Assembly (NCBI RefSeq): GCF_025526975.1
Contig: NW_026515671.1
Span: 434,001-498,000 of the forward strand
Origin: Fimicolochytrium jonesii
Taxonomy: Eukaryota
Direction of reading: 5' to 3'
DNA length: 64,000 nt
In this document: piece after piece, positions 50,650-63,580 of the stretch
Position numbering within the stretch: position 1 is the stretch's first letter
Layout of the letters: every line of letters begins with the position of its first letter
Notes under the pieces: model-generated
The model's input: only the letters and a program-made list of their open reading frames with translations
Databases searched by the model: none
Told to the model about the DNA's origin: nothing
Translations under genes and position numbers: made by a program

Positions 50650-51601
50650 TTATGGTCTCGTACCTGGTCCACTGGCCATCCACATCAACACCCTCTCCAG
50701 ATCTCGCTTGTTCTCCTGCCCTGCCTCATCGAACGGGTTCACTTGATCCTGGCTTACCGGCAGCCTAGTCTTCAGCTGTTTATCATATTCTCGACTTCGT
50801 GTATCTTCCAAAAACTCTCGGATGAGAATGTCGTGCCTTTCCATCCGGTCCAGAAGCGTTTGCTTGGCTGCTTCCACGGCTTCTTGGTCTAAATAGTTCA
50901 CAGAGATCCGAGATGACTCATCAAGGATCTTTTGCTCCTCCTCTGTGATTTGCGGTTCAACAGTCGTCCGGAGTAGGACATTCGGCGCTACGTTTCGAAA
51001 CACATGATGGGTCAGGGATATCTGGTGACGCTTAGAGCCGTGAATCTGCATTCACTCACTCCACTCCGGCACCTCTGGAATGATCGAGCTCGGGGCAACT
51101 ATGGTGGTCCTCAACCACTCCTTTCTGCTCCGTAAGTCTCCCAACAGACTCTCAAAGCGAGCTACGAGGATATTGAACTGCGTGAGGGCATTCGGCCTAT
51201 ACGCGGAGAATGGAGGGAGCAGATCCATACGTGAGAAACCTTTCCACAGCCCCCTTTTTATGTGAGCCCTCCTACCAGTGTCCAAACTCGGGTAACTGCA
51301 AAAAGTCCTGTAGCGCTTCACTAAGATGACTCAACCGATTCTTGACCGCCTCCAACTTGACTATTCTATCAATATCCAGGTTCTCCTCCCCACCCTCTCC
51401 AGCCCCAATCGGCAGGGCGTTTGTAGCCAGGGTCGTTGCTCCTGGTGTATATGTTGCCCGTCCTGTCGTCGTCGGTTGGGCTACATGCTCGCCACCAACT
51501 GCGTCCTCAGGTCCTACATTACTCTGGTCGTCGGCGCCGGAGTCTGAGCCACCCTGATTGCTCTCTGCTATGTCGTCCCCGGAATAGCCCTGCTCAGACA
51601 T
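50650..51601 (-). CDS. MED8: Mediator subunit Med8, 3 exons
   Basis: LEAVKNRLSHLSEAL..W|PNALTQFNILV..IVAP..VLLRT..PQITEEE, C-terminal LERVLMWMASG. Confidence 0.75.
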
Positions 51602-51832
51602 ATCGCTAGTGATGAGCCTCGGCTTGCCGCATGCTACGTGCGTGTAGACGTGGTAGGCGCGGGTTGGCTGTGATTTTGGCGAATGTTGGAGATCGCGAAA
51701 CGTGGCGGAACCCAAAGCTCCCAAAGCCGACGCTGAAGCCGCTCCGACAAGCATAAAGCCAGCCAGTGAGTGATCTCACATTCCCTCCTTTCCCAACACC
51801 GACAATACCTCTACCTCAACCGATAGACAACA

Positions 51833-52647
51833 ATGGCCAAACAAAGCCCATCAGCGAATGTAGACACCAGCAAGCCAGTGACTGAAATCGTCCTGGACGA
51901 CCTGAAGGCCGACATTGCAAAATACCCAGCCACAGCCGTCACCCCTCTCCAGCTGATAGAGCATCCCCAAACCGCGGAGTCGACCGACACGCCGCTGCGT
52001 TTCTTGGCTTATGCTGCTCGGTTCAAGACGTTGGCTATCACTGGTACTCGATACCTTGCTTACACGTCGGATGTTGGTAGGTACTGGAATGCTACCTTCA
52101 TGGGGTACGTCATTCGATCGTGTGTGTCCTAATACAGCTCTCCTTTCACCAGGTGAAGCGTTTAGGCCAGTAGTCCATAAGAACCTCGTCAATGCCGCAT
52201 ACGGTATCTCCTTCGCATACGTCGGGTTCGATGTCGCACTGGAAGGCTACAAGGCCGCCCAGCGCAACGCCGACAAGATGGAAATCGCCAGAGTAGTTGC
52301 CGAACGCGGCGTGTTCCAGGGTTTAGCGAGTTTGCTGCTCCCTGCGTTGACTATCCATACCGTTGTTGATATGACCGGCAAAGCTTTGAAGAGGTGAGGA
52401 GCACGAGTGGTGTAGCCGAACGATATACGCAGGAATTAACGACTCTTGATTTCGCAGCCGCCCGAAGACGGCCTTCGTCCGATGGACCCCAACCGTGGCA
52501 GGTCTTTTCGTCGTTCCCTTCCTCCCTATCATGTACGACCACCCTGTGGAGCACCTCGTAGCGAAAGCGTTCGACACTGTCTGGCCCCTGGAACGCCCGG
52601 TCACATTGAAAGATGTGAAGGAGAAGGTCAAGGAGAAAGTTCAGTGA
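51833..52647 (+). CDS. MTFP1: Mitochondrial fission process protein 1 (MTP18), 3 exons
   Basis: RYLAYTSDV|GEAFRPVV..AYGISFAYVGFD, VFQGLASLLLPALTIHTVV, RWTPTVAGL..YDHPVE. Confidence 0.92.
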
Positions 52648-53145
52648 GGCGCCTCATATGTTTTGGGAATTCTCGGGCCTGGGCGCGAATAGACTAGATG
52701 GTGGGTTAATTGTAAGGGTATATAGATAGGTGGCTTTCGCAGGTGCTAAGTTGTAACCAACATGAGGGTATTAGGCACTGTGAGGCAGACTCCTGGGCCT
52801 CTAGCCAGATGGAAAGTTGGACAGATTTGACAAAAAGTTTTCGAAAGCCTGATGCGCTGAACTTAAGGACCGGAGACTCAAGCAGCAATCTCCTTTCGTA
52901 GCCGGCTGTCGTATGGACCCCGTTCAGCAGACGATTGGGAGGTATGGTGTGTCAAACACCGTACTGAACAACGTAGACCAGACAAGGGAACTTCGCAGAA
53001 TCATTAGAGGATATAGATTGAGAATTGGCAAAGAAAAACGGGCAGCCAAAAGACCAGCTTTGAGATGTACAAATTTGCAGCAGCAGAGATATGCCCTTTG
53101 GAAAGAAAAGGTCCTATCTAAGTTTCTGCTTACCGCCAAGGTTGT

Positions 53146-55833
53146 TCACTGTACAGGTTCCGCTTTCGCCTCAGTAGGGAAGTTATACAACCCACCGACC
53201 CCAGCCGCGTCCACTAGTTCCTTCAGCCTATTGTGCAACTCTGGCGTCGCAGCGATAGACGGCGCCATGGCCGGGAATGCCGATGGGAAATGCTAAATTG
53301 ATGAGTCAGTATAAGTTGGCCTCAGCGCTCACTGCAAAGGTGGGGAGATACCTGAGGGTCCTTGAAACTGCTGTGCAGATGTAATATCGCGTCGGTGATG
53401 ACGAATCGAATGAGGAACTGCCGCAAGAAATCATCTTGAAGGAATCGCTTGTACGCCGCGTCTGCAAAATAAGCTTCAGTACATCGCCAGCCCGTCTTTC
53501 CCATGCACGACGTCAATCATTTACCGAGCTCGGTTGATAGGTCCAGTAGATCGCCCACGAGGATCTCGGTCTCTTTAACCAAGCCTGAGCACTTTTCCCA
53601 GACCTCTTTGCTCACTTCGGTGATGTCGGAGATGAAGGCGAATGCCTTGATGGGAGTGGTGAGGAATAGCGTAAAGAGACTTCCTATTTGCGCATTGTCT
53701 GCACAGCAAGAGATGGTTCAGTCTGTGTATTGCCGAGTCTCGCTGATCTGCATGAATGAGAAAATCACCTTTGATAGACGCGGGGTATTCTGTCGGGCTC
53801 ATCAAGAAGGCCACGGATTGTGGGAAGATTTTCGGGAAGTCCTGAAGACCAGATGAGCGAATCGTTCGCACTTCTATTCGAAGCAGATCGTCACCTACTT
53901 TGAATGCTGCACTGTTTGTACTGTCGACAATCACAAACAACGGTTTCCTCGAGAATGGGACCAGATCGTTCGGATGTAAGCAATGCACTAGCGGTGTATG
54001 CTGCTCGCTGTCAGTTTTGTCGCCGCCTTTGCGGGCGTAGTTCTGATTTACAGCGGTCGCGGCTCCTCCGGAGTAGTTGGTCAGGTATGCTACGGAGTCA
54101 AAAGCATCACTGAGTCGGGCGAAGTCGAACTAGCCGCTCCGTCCATCACATACCTGGGTCCATGTGTTCTGATTTCACGGGTCGTTTGGCTCCATCGGCT
54201 GATATGTATATCAACATCGCTGAGTTTTCGTTGATGTCCTTCGAAAGTTCATCCGTTAGCATCAACTCCACAATGCCCTCATTCCCCATTCAATGAAGAG
54301 GCGAACCTTGAAGGTGGTAGCTATGTAGTACAGAAGCTGCGCAAACGTTGGTCTGTAGAGCAGGTATTTATGCGGGTTCGATCTCCGGAGATTCGACTTG
54401 TCGCCAGCGGAAGTCGAAGATCCCAAGCCAGATCCGTCCGCAGGTGCATCCTCCTCCTTCCTGACCATGGCATTCGGGTCATCGCTGGGATGAGCGGGTT
54501 TGCCCGCCGAAGTATTGGTCGTTGGCTCCCGTTCAAGGGCTTGCAGCAACCGGTACATGTCCAACGTCAGTTCGGAAAACTTGATCTGGCGAAACAAATG
54601 AGAACGAGGGCCTTCTTCTTGGTCGCTGCTTTGATGAGCTACCAACCTGATTCTGATAGTTTCCGACCAGAATTGCCTCCTGAAGTCGCAATCGTGCTGC
54701 GCCATCTTTGTCAAACTTCGGGGTCCGCTCAATCTGCAGTCGTGTTGGCGCAAGTAGAGCTTTTCCCTCCAAGTCTACCGGTGTCGTTTTCTTCTGAGCC
54801 TGGAGAAAATTGGAATCAGACCAAGTAGCCGTTGCCCTACAATATCAGTCCCCAGCACGCACTTCTAGGAATGTTGAGATCTCGGAAAGCACGACGTTCC
54901 ATTCAGCAGAGTCACTCGGGTTGAAGATTTTCGTGTAGTCCGCGATGAGAGCAGTGAGCTCCTCCATCAATTCTCGGATCTCAACCGTCTCGTTCAAAAA
55001 CAAGCATACGACGATGAATCGCGCATAGTATCGCAGCTTCTTGATGACAAGCGCCGGGCTGTTCAAAGACCGATCGTTGTCAGCACATTGCCTCACATCC
55101 CCTTCCCGTATGTATGCATGCAAATGCATCATTACTTGTTCACTTCCAACACGTCTTTGAAGTACTGGCGTTTCCGGATGGCGTCATAGAATGTGTGGGA
55201 TTCCAGCAGGTAGTTTGTTTCGCTGGTGCGCAGGTAGTAGTGATAGTAGAGTTCTGCAAACGTCGCCTCATTAGTCTTCGAGTGGGAAGCAACACTATGT
55301 GGCGGGACGCGCAAGACTTACGTCCAATCTTTGATGCAACTTCGCCGATGTCCCATCGCTTCAGGCCGTGATAGTCTTTATTTTCGAGGATTTGCCTATG
55401 CAAGTGGAGGTCAACCCCCTGTTGTGACTTCCCCCTCGCCAATACCTAGTTCTGACGTACCTGTGTGTTTGTTGATACTTCCATAACCGCGTGTACACTT
55501 CGAACGTGCGCTGAAAGTACGTCTGCCAATTTTTGCCCGTGGGAGGGAGATCTCTACGATAACAGGAGGCGTGAGCCGACAGCTCGAGACGAGGTTACGC
55601 AAGATTCTTCCACGACGTCACACCTCAGGCCTGCGAACAACTGCTGCGATTTCTCCAACAAATATTGGAACTCTGATTCGGCACAAAGATTGTTAGTTGA
55701 AGCTTCGCCGTCCTCGTCTTCTCCATCCCAAAACCTTCGACTTACCTTGCGCGACGACTATGTTAGGGTCCGATGACGGGACATTTCCGTTGCTTGTGAG
55801 CGGGGCCGTGGCCGTGGCCGTGTCCGTGTCCAT
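53146..55833 (-). CDS. SCAI: Protein SCAI, many exons
   Basis: EFQYLLEKSQQLFAGL, FEVYTRLWKYQQTHR, GLKRWDIGEVASKIG, LYYHYYLRTSE, KKLRYYARFIVVCL, KFSELTLDMYRLLQALEREP, NPHKYLLYRPT, PFSRKPLFVIVDS. Confidence 0.95.
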
Positions 55834-56111
55834 TGTGTCAGTTCCTCCGGCCGTCAGTGGTTGCCCAAGCCGATGATGCTGCGATGGCTCCGTGGGGAAA
55901 GTGGAAACGGTCGTGGGTGGAACTCGTTCGCCCAATTGATCACAAACCCAACAAGGGCATGACAAAACGGTAACGCGTCCGCGTGCGATGGTAGGCATTC
56001 CGCAATCCATCTCCAACTTCCATCAATGACTTCACAGCGTTCGTCGACATTGGTCGTCCTTGCAACAATTCCAAAGCACTCAAAACGTTTCAGGAGTCCA
56101 TTATCGCACAA

Positions 56112-56727
56112 ATGTCCTCACTCGAAGCATCTGCCAGGTTCTTCCAACAAGGCCGGTTCGCCGTCGGTAAGCCCACCGGAATTGCCCTTAGACCCGCAAT
56201 TTTTCTCGAAATGACCTGTTACTCTCGTCTTAGTTGGCGCTAGCGCCGATCCCGCCAAGTTTGGGAACAAGGTCTTCCGGTGGTATGTGTCGGAATGCTA
56301 GCAGATTCTTTGATGATTAATTGGGCGTAACCGTGGTACATACAACATAGGTACTTGGACCACAAGCTATCGGTGGTTCCCATTAATCCCGTGAGTAAAT
56401 ATCTCGGTTCTCGTAGGGTAAAGCAGCCCACTAACCAACTATGCTCAGAGCACACCGACGATTGAGAACCACACGACAGCAGCGAAACTCTCAACCCTCA
56501 CGGATCCCGCCTCCTACTCCGTGTCCGTCATTACGCCCCCGAAGATAACCAAGAACATCATCCAGGAAGCCGCCGATCTGGGTATCAAGAACGTGTGGCT
56601 TCAGCCGGGGGCCGAGTCGGAGGAAGCACTCGCGCTGGGCAGGGAGAAGGGGTTGAATGTCATTTCGGGTGGGCCGTGTGTGCTCGTTCATGGGGAGGAG
56701 GCTATCAAGGCTGCTTCCAAGCTGTAG
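56112..56727 (+). CDS. YccU-like CoA-binding protein (Rossmann fold), 4 exons
   Basis: RFAV|VGASADPAKFGNKVFRW|Y..VVPINP|..SVSVITPP..GIKNVWLQPGAES..GPCVLV. Confidence 0.9.
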
Positions 56728-56913
56728 ATGAGCAGGTTATACGGCGTATGTTGGACCCGATAGTACCATTGATAACGATGCTGTAGCAGACCAAAAGTCC
56801 GATCTATTCAACCTAAACTTGGGAAATAAGTATGCTGTAGCATCGGGTGGGTATAAAGTATAAGAGGTGCGCTAGACTAAACCAAAATCGGAAGCTATGT
56901 TCAAAGAGTACAC

Positions 56914-58672
56914 CTATAAGTGTCTCTTAGGGCGATCAGTGTCCATATCGTCCTTCTCCTTCTCCACAGCCGCTTCAATTACTTTCGTACCCAGGATCCG
57001 GCGTTCAAGTTCGTTCTGCACGCCTTTGGCCACTGCGGTGGCTGTCTTGAACACGCGTCCGGGAACCACAGCGACGATCACGTTGGTGGCCATGTTCGCG
57101 AGAGATGCGATGGGTCGAGGTGTGAAGTTTACCACTTGAGTGGTACAGGTATGAATCTTCGAGCGTAGCCTCAGATAAACGACGTCCGAGTTCTGTCGCA
57201 AGTCTTTGATCTGGAGAAATACAACATCGGTTAGCGGCCTCTTCCCAGCGCACGTGGACTTGGAAATGCGCCACTCGAACCCACCTCCTCTTTGATTCCC
57301 TGAATATCCATTTCCCACAGATGGACCCGTGTTCGATAAGTCCAGTGGCTCCAATCCCATTCCCGCGAATGATCCGCCTCTGCGTCGTCTTCGTCACCCG
57401 TAATAGTCTCGTCTTCGTCCGTATCGAAATATCCGGAAGGCAGAAGGCATTCTTCAAGGGTATTCTCGCTGCTCGTCCGCGCGAGCAGTGACTCCGCTTT
57501 CTCCTCCGACGTAGCAGTTCTCATGTCTTCTAGCTGCTCCGTCAACTCTTCGATGATCTTCCGCTGTCTTTCGCATTCATCGTGCCAATCCTCGCTTGAT
57601 TCAAACTCCAGTTGAAGGGCTTTGACGTGATCGGTCAATTTTGCCAGCTCCTCCTTCTGGACCTGACTTCGTGACTCTGCCTTGTCTTTGGCTGCCAACA
57701 ACTTGGTGATTTCGGCTTCGAGTTCATAGATGTGGTTCTGGAGGTCTGCAATAATGAGCTCGTCGCTCTTCTCCATGTCTTCCGAGTCTCGGCGGATTGT
57801 TCGCTTCTCGTGCAACAGTCTCTGACGGTCAACCTCCAGTTCGGCCGCCGTCTGCTCAGTGATCTGAAGATCCTGACGGAGTTGATCGAGGTCTCGCTCC
57901 AACGTGCACATTGCTTCGGCGTTGGTGGCTTCAACGTTCCGCAAATCTTGCAACGTAGCGCGAAGCTGATCCTCTAACGCCTCATTCCGCCGTCGCAAAT
58001 GTGACACCACTTGTCTGTGCATGCGCTCGGTATCGCGCAGCTCAGCTTCAGACGCTTCCAAGCAGGACTGCAGGTCCGCGTTCGCCTTCTCGAGCGATGC
58101 AACGTAAGGATCATGGCCGCCCCGCTCGTCGAACACTTCGTGGATAGACGGCCTCCTCACTGGCGAGCACTCTACGATGGTTTCGCGGATTCTGATCGAG
58201 TTCAGTTGCACGGTTTTGAGCGCGGCTCTCGACTTTCGGCTCGATAAGCGGCCTTTGGGGGTCGGCAAGGCGCCGCTTGACAGTTTTCTCTCCAATTTCC
58301 CTTTGGTCATGAAGTCGTGGTACTCTGTCATCAGGTTGTTGTTCGTTGCCACCAGTTGCTGCCCGATTTCTGCAGCCAGCTGCAGATCTATGGAAAGATC
58401 GAATAGGACATGTAAGCGACTGATATCGGCCCGCAAAAGAGATCATGGTGATTACCTCGCTCCCTCTCCCTCAGAGCCGTCAAAGCTTCCCTAAGCTTGG
58501 CACGTAGTTCCTCTTCTGACAACGAGTCAACTGAGAAAAAGTCCTTGAGCAGAACATTGCTTCGCCTCTTTGGTCGTGGGGAGTACTTCTGAGAGCCATG
58601 AAGGTCGCTCATAGACTGAGCGTGTTTGACTGCTGTTGCTGAGGCGGAACGTTGAGGCTCATGCGGGACCAT
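56914..58672 (-). CDS. Long coiled-coil protein with an N-terminal CC1-box-like motif, 3 exons
   Basis: LREALTALRERER|DLQLAAEIGQQLVATNNNL followed by about 200 aa of heptad repeats. Confidence 0.7.
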
Positions 58673-60377
58673 AACGCGAACTTTCAAAAGTCGCTCTTAC
58701 GTGACATGGCTGTCCTAAGTGGACCGGGCACCAGGAAACCGTTTTTGACTGCGTTATAAACTGCGTTGATATCGGAGGAAACTTGCTCTATGTTATAATG
58801 CTTCGGCGGCTGGATGCGGCGAATGAAATTGTGACAAGTGAGATGAACTTTTGGCCAGCCAATTCAGGAGGGTCCAGCGTTGACGACTGGAGGATGCCGC
58901 AGCAGTTCCCGCAGGCGTGGGAACTTTCAACTTTTTATGCCAGAAACATCACGCCGTGCCAAAAGACGCGCAAAAAGTCATTTCCTCATCGCAAGGGCTA
59001 ATCACATCCTGCACATCATCGTCAATCCGCTAATCAAGGGGGAACATGTGGAGAATCACGTTCCTCTCTCACCCCACGGCGCACATGCCGTCGGCATGTC
59101 CAATTTGTGAGGGTTGGCGCCTGCCGCCTCTCAGGAGGACGAAAGCCCGGTTTGCCGTCTCGATCGTCTGTCCAACGTCGAACAAATTCGCGTTATGTCA
59201 CCACAAAACCATCTCACGATTTCACGGTCTTCTCAACCCCGAAAACAAGGTTAGGGTTATCGGAGCGTCTTCGCCGACGGTGGAACTGCGGTGGAATCGA
59301 AGGGTTTTGTTGTGCGTTTGTCGTCGACCAGGGCAGACTCATTTGATGCAGTCGAGGCGAACGTTGTTCATCTCCATACCCACTGCTCGATCGTATATTG
59401 TGGTGAAGAGGCGAGCATCCATTTCCAGTCGAGGCCGTGGTGAAGGCAGATTGACGAGATGCTCTCAAGGAACACCCGTGAGACTGACCGTTGCCGACCG
59501 TTGACAGGCAGAACTGTTCTTCATGGCGGTTCGATCCATTCAGCAGAAAGATCAAAGGAGAGTTCGCCGGGGCCTTCGTTTGCTGCGCAAATGCCGGTTA
59601 ATCCCTCTTCTCGTCGAACTGCCACTCTAGGCCATGTGCCGTCTGGGTCGTGATTTACATTCAGTAGCGCCATTAAGAGCGCAAGCAATCGCCGAACCGC
59701 TTCAAGCGCCTCCTCAAGGCAGAACAACTACTGGGGCTGATGGAAGAGGCTTGAGAGATCCGTGCAAGGCTGAGATTGAGAGATTTCCTGTATTCTGACT
59801 GAGGAAACCCATCCAGGTGCACCAACAAGCATGTTGAGCAACGGCGAGATCCTGATAAGCTACTTGCGAGGGTTTGCCCGTGGAGCTGAATTTGGAACAG
59901 GGAATCCAGTGAGATTGCGTGTGTTGAACCAACAAGTCTTCGACTTGACCTGGGCATATATATGAGAGCCACCCCGTATCCCGGTGGCCACCATCCCTCC
60001 CGTCCGAGACTCTCAAGCCCAGCAGTGCCAGCACTGCCAGGTGATTTGCAAGAAAGGCTTAGTGGCTTCCGGAGAGACGGAAGTGTGGCTTTGCGCAGAG
60101 TTCCAAAACAGAACTTCCACAATGATGTCATGCACGCATTGCGCAGTCGCAACTTCTGAAAAATGCGAGCCGCGGCTCGTCTTTCGCCTCTTTTCTGCGA
60201 CGGCGTGGAGAGGGGAAATGCAACGTTGCAAACGCATACAAGAGCCACGGAGGCCCCGGCAACAACTCTCGTCCTTGCATAATATTCGACTTATCGACTG
60301 TCGCGGCCCATAAAAACTCACCTTGGATCTATATTATTTCTTTCGAAGTCGTCCCATTTCAAACCTCGCTCTCAGCA

Positions 60378-61479
60378 ATGTCCGAGAGCACCACACAGAG
60401 TACGGCACAGCGAGAGGTCGTGGGCGAGCAACAAAACAGGGACATCTCTGAGACAAGTCCATCTCAGCAAACCCAACGGCGGGACCCGGTTCGGTGTAAA
60501 GTACACTTCAACCGGCTGCTCACCCTCGCAAACCATAGAGAAGCCTACCCGGTTTTCACCACGCGGCTATCGGGAGTTGAAAAGTATTTCGCAGACCCCG
60601 ATGCTATGCACGTTACAGCTGACGGTCCGCAGGAATCAGATTCCGGCATAGAGCTCGCTGCAACCCACGGGCAAGCTAAACCGTCCAAGACTCTTATTGG
60701 ACGTCTATTCAGTGGGGTTCAGAACCATCTGCACTCCTCACGCGAACGTCAACGACTTCGGGAAGTGCTGAGCGCCAAGCTTCTAACACAAGAGTACAAC
60801 ACAAAGCCACCATTCATCCGCGCCCTGTTTGCCGACACTCCGCAAGGGCGTGCTGCACGAAAAGCACTGCGAGCCATGCACAGGCGAATGTACGGCCAAG
60901 GCCTCTTCAAATTCCTGAAGAAGCCTCGAGACAAATACTGGGTTCAGACCGGGGACGAGTTCCTCGATATCATTGAGGAACATGGCGGGAAGACAGTCAA
61001 ACGGGAAAACGCTCCGAACGAAAAGGAAGCGGATAAGCTGGCGAGGAAGCACGTTGGACAGATTGCCGGGCCCGAATATACGTTTACATTGCTGGCAGAT
61101 GGGACGTTACACTTCTCGCGCGCAGATAGCAACTTTCTTGACAAGTTCTCGAAACATGCCATGCATTCGAACGCCTCAGAGTCGGTCGTCTATGCCGGGA
61201 CGTTACGAGTTGAAAGGGCAGAAGGGACAATGAAGCGAGTGTTGATAATGGGTACGTGTTGATATAATCAGTTTTGGTACAATTTTCAATGCATCACTTA
61301 CCCACTTGCGGACTGCTGTCATACCTGCAGATAATGATAGTGGCACATACGCCCCACGAGTGGACAGGAACGAGCTCGCACGGCTGCGGGAGCTGATGGA
61401 GTATAATTTTCGCGACTTGGACGTGAAAACCCTGAAATACGAGTTTCCGGGTTCTGAGGACTCGGACGACTCGAATTGA
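60378..61479 (+). CDS. Uncharacterised conserved protein with SKH..H / AG / DNDSGTYxP motifs, 2 exons
   Basis: YTFTL..FSKHAMHSNASESVVYAG..LIM|DNDSGTYAP..LRELMEYNF; intron at about 61252-61330. Confidence 0.7.
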
Positions 61480-62131
61480 ATACCATATTTTACGTAGTAT
61501 GACCGTCGACACCGGCATTTGGGATTGGCGCATATTTGGAAGCAGAATGAAGTCCTCCTTACAGAGATCTGTCGTTGCTCTCCATCATGAGACGGCATTG
61601 TAAATAGTTTTGTACGGCGTCTAAAGTGTTAATGTAATGTGTAATATATTTGTTATGTTCGGGAACGATTTTGCCGATAGAGTCTGGAACCCCATTGATG
61701 AAGGGATTTCACTATTGATTGGCGCAGGTAATAGACGGTGTTCGATTCTGCTCTGATACGTATCATCCGCCGGAAGCCGACGAATGCGCAAGCCCAGCCA
61801 GCCCGTTCAGGGGCACCTGCTCCCCTGGGGGTTCCCGCATCAAACCACATAAGCTTAAACATACCTTCGAATATTCGATGCCGTGCCGCCGCTCGACCGC
61901 AGAGTTCTGCAGCCCTGATCTCGGGCTGGAGAGCGGAAGGGGATAAGCGGCACGAGGTAAACTCCTTTAAGCTTAAACTTCCCAGCTCTTCAGCCACAGC
62001 TGCAGATGTGGGGAACAACGCACGACTGTCCTTCGGGGGATGTATAAAAGAGGGACTTGTCCATTGCATCCGTCCAAGCGTCGAAGAACCAACTACAACC
62101 AACAGCATTGACATCAAGTCACATCTCGGAA

Positions 62132-63031
62132 ATGGTTTATACCGGACTATTCACATTACTGGTCACCATCCTGGGCTTCCAAGTTGTCAGCGGATTCCCC
62201 CATATCCACTGGCAACGACAGAACCAGGATCCTTCAAACGACGGTCAAGATCCATCAGTACCCGGCAGCGGCCTCACCTTCGACCAGCCCAACGAAATCG
62301 ATCCCCAGTCGCAAACCGCGAACGTCGCAACCCGGTGCGACCCAACCGTAGATGTTTATGCCTGTGACAACAGACTCTTCATGCGCTGCGGCCAGAAAAG
62401 TGGCCGCTGGATTCCCAAAGAGACTTGCAAAGGCCTGTGTCTGGAAGATAATAAGATCCGCCCACAATGCTACTGCAACCAAGGCGGAAACGGCGTAGAC
62501 TGCCCTCCTCCGCCGACCTCGACGCAAGACTTCTTTACGCGATCATGGGACATTTTCGGAACACGGGCCTCGTATGAGACTGTCACCGCAACCACCACTA
62601 CGACAGAAGAGGCACCCACTACGTCAGAGGAAGCGACCACTACGGCGACCGACTGGGGTTGGGATGACGAATTCCCTGCGCCCACTTTTGGGCTAGGCGA
62701 CGATGGGCAGGGTCCAACCGTTACCCGGGTTTTGAACACGGAAGCCGTGCCTGAAGCGACAGAGACCGGAGGTGCTGGTGTGCAGATTGGACTAGCTGGG
62801 GCCAAGTGTCCCAGAATCAATGACGTTTTCTGCGACTCGTCGGTACTTCTCGTGTGTTCCAAGCTAAGTAAGTTAAGAAGTATATACGCGTGCAAATTTC
62901 ATATTCGTTTTGCATTTTGGTAGCATGACCGCTGTTGCTCACTTCGATGCATGTCGTGTTGTCTAGATGTCTGGACCACCGTTGGCTACTGCGACTGCTC
63001 TCTGGAAATATGGGCTGGTGCTTGCCCTTGA
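62132..63031 (+). CDS. Secreted protein with two small Cys-rich modules (putative carbohydrate-binding) linked by a Thr-rich stalk, 2 exons
   Basis: Signal peptide; RCDPTVDVYACDNRLFMRC..GRWIPKETC and KCPRINDVFCDSSVLLVC..|VWTTVGYCDC; TATA-like gtataaaag at about 62042. Confidence 0.65.
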
Positions 63032-63420
63032 ATAGCATAGTGGTGAATCCTGAGATGAATACAAAAAGGATGGGACGTTGATGAACCTCATTTTGCAGGA
63101 CTCCCTGCTCTTCATGTAAAAGTGTAAAGTCAATGGTAAAAGTACTGTATATTACAATTGCGAAGCTTCTGTTCTCTGCACGTTTCGTCGGCGATGAAGA
63201 CGATATGCTAGCCATTGGGTGCGGACGGATAGACGGTTTGCCCCTGAAAGCGTCCGGCGGAATCCTCATTGACGGCCCCGCAACAAGAATTCGACAGGGC
63301 GACGAAATCACAGGGCGTGTGCCTCTATCACTAAATCACTAACCTCCAACAGTTGATACCTCCAGATGATACCTCCAACAGTTTCGGCCAGCTGTGTGGC
63401 AATTTCCTGAACGAATTGTA

Positions 63421-63580
63421 GCTGCTATGACTGCCGCTATACGCCGGGGCATGCTCGACACAAGTTTTTCTAGCACATCTGGCTCAATATCCTGAAATGT
63501 CTGCTGTGCAATGGCCTTTAGCTGCTCTCGAGATCTCGCTCGGGTTGTCTGGAGCGTCCGGCCGGCGACGCGGTCGAGCA
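63421..63580 (-). mobile_element. Tc1/mariner transposase C-terminal fragment (relic)
   Basis: RSREQLKAIAQQTFQDIEPDVLEKLVSSMPRRIAAVIAA fits the Tc1 tail consensus L..LV.SMPRR..AVI.A; no SPDLNPIE/DDE core seen upstream. Confidence 0.7.

Noticed and set aside
58700..60370. ORFs up to 191 aa between divergent genes
   Set aside because: No recognisable domain or consistent exon structure.
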